A stretch of 64,000 bases of DNA from a virus (Duplodnaviria; Caudoviricetes). The DNA lies in the IMG/VR virus record IMGVR_UViG_3300013121_000032, positions 32,001 to 96,000 of that record; one strand, written 5' to 3'. The number at the start of each line of letters is the position of its first letter. The stretch's first letter is position 1. Of this stretch, positions 63,741 through 64,000 are shown in pieces. The notes below the pieces were generated by a model. That model was not told where the DNA came from. It saw only the letters and a list, made by a program, of their open reading frames with translations, and searched no databases. A program made the position numbers and the translations under genes.

Positions 63741-64000
63741 ATGAAAACAAATATAATCATTCCGGTAGCAAATACTAATGATAAATGTACTTCTTATCTA
63801 TTAGGATTGATGCGATCCCTTTCATATGGTCTTTATTTTGATAAGTCTACAGAGTGGAGTGTAACCTGTTGTTTTGATAGTTGTGATGAGGAATATATCT
63901 TCTTTTTTCAAAAAAACTATCCAGATTTTAAGATATTAGTCAATTCTAAAAATAGGATTGGATTTACAGCTAATGTTAATCGTGGTTTAAGATATGCATT
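63741..64000 (+). CDS. GT2 family glycosyltransferase (5' part; runs off window)
   Basis: Own translation: MKTNIIIPV...CCFD...N.KNRIGFTANVNRGLRYA. Confidence 0.8.
   Translation, partial: MKTNIIIPVANTNDKCTSYLLGLMRSLSYGLYFDKSTEWSVTCCFDSCDEEYIFFFQKNYPDFKILVNSKNRIGFTANVNRGLRYA

Noticed and set aside
1-64000. Stop-codon reassignment (TAG or TGA recoding)
   Set aside because: Conserved genes are full length in code 11 and use TAA, TAG and TGA as true stops. The one broken gene (53171) needs a frameshift, not readthrough.
1-64000. Host assignment
   Set aside because: The desaturase, PDZ and group 1/2-like sigma hint at a cyanobacteria-related aerobic host, but this cannot be supported without phylogeny or spacer matches.

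Overview
This 64 kb window is an AT-rich segment of a tailed dsDNA bacteriophage (Caudoviricetes) with no CRISPR array, integrase or rRNA. Both ends cut through GT2 glycosyltransferase genes. The left arm (1-22.7 kb) is mostly minus strand. It carries the head module (TerS, intein-containing TerL, portal, prohead protease with an internal scaffold start, major capsid protein) and two Ser/Thr/Gly-rich fibre or spike proteins. It also carries a dispersed amino-sugar/glycan-tailoring set: VioA/DegT aminotransferase, PglD/NeuD-type acyltransferase, FemAB-like GNAT, PhyH dioxygenase, a propeller glycosidase-like protein and GT2. The right arm (22.7-64 kb) is mostly plus strand. It encodes an AEP primase-helicase, gp32-like SSB, family A DNA polymerase (Leu762 type), class II RNR with two inteins, RecA, SNF2 helicase, nucleases and a Dam-type methyltransferase. 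Accessory genes include Ro60/TROVE, a COOH.NH2 ligase, AAA, vWA, Pth2-like, desaturase, amidase, C1 peptidase, GroES and an Ntn peptidase. The most striking observations are four. (1) A Ro60 gene is followed 6-7 nt later by a non-canonical tRNA-like RNA (CAU anticodon, initiator features, long variable arm, possible 8-bp acceptor stem). (2) A sigma-70 factor is fused to a ribosomal bL12 C-terminal-like domain. (3) The phage encodes an acylated amino-sugar glycosylation pathway interleaved with the virion genes. (4) A hidden gene needs a +1 frameshift. All protein calls come from motif recognition by eye; no database search was run.
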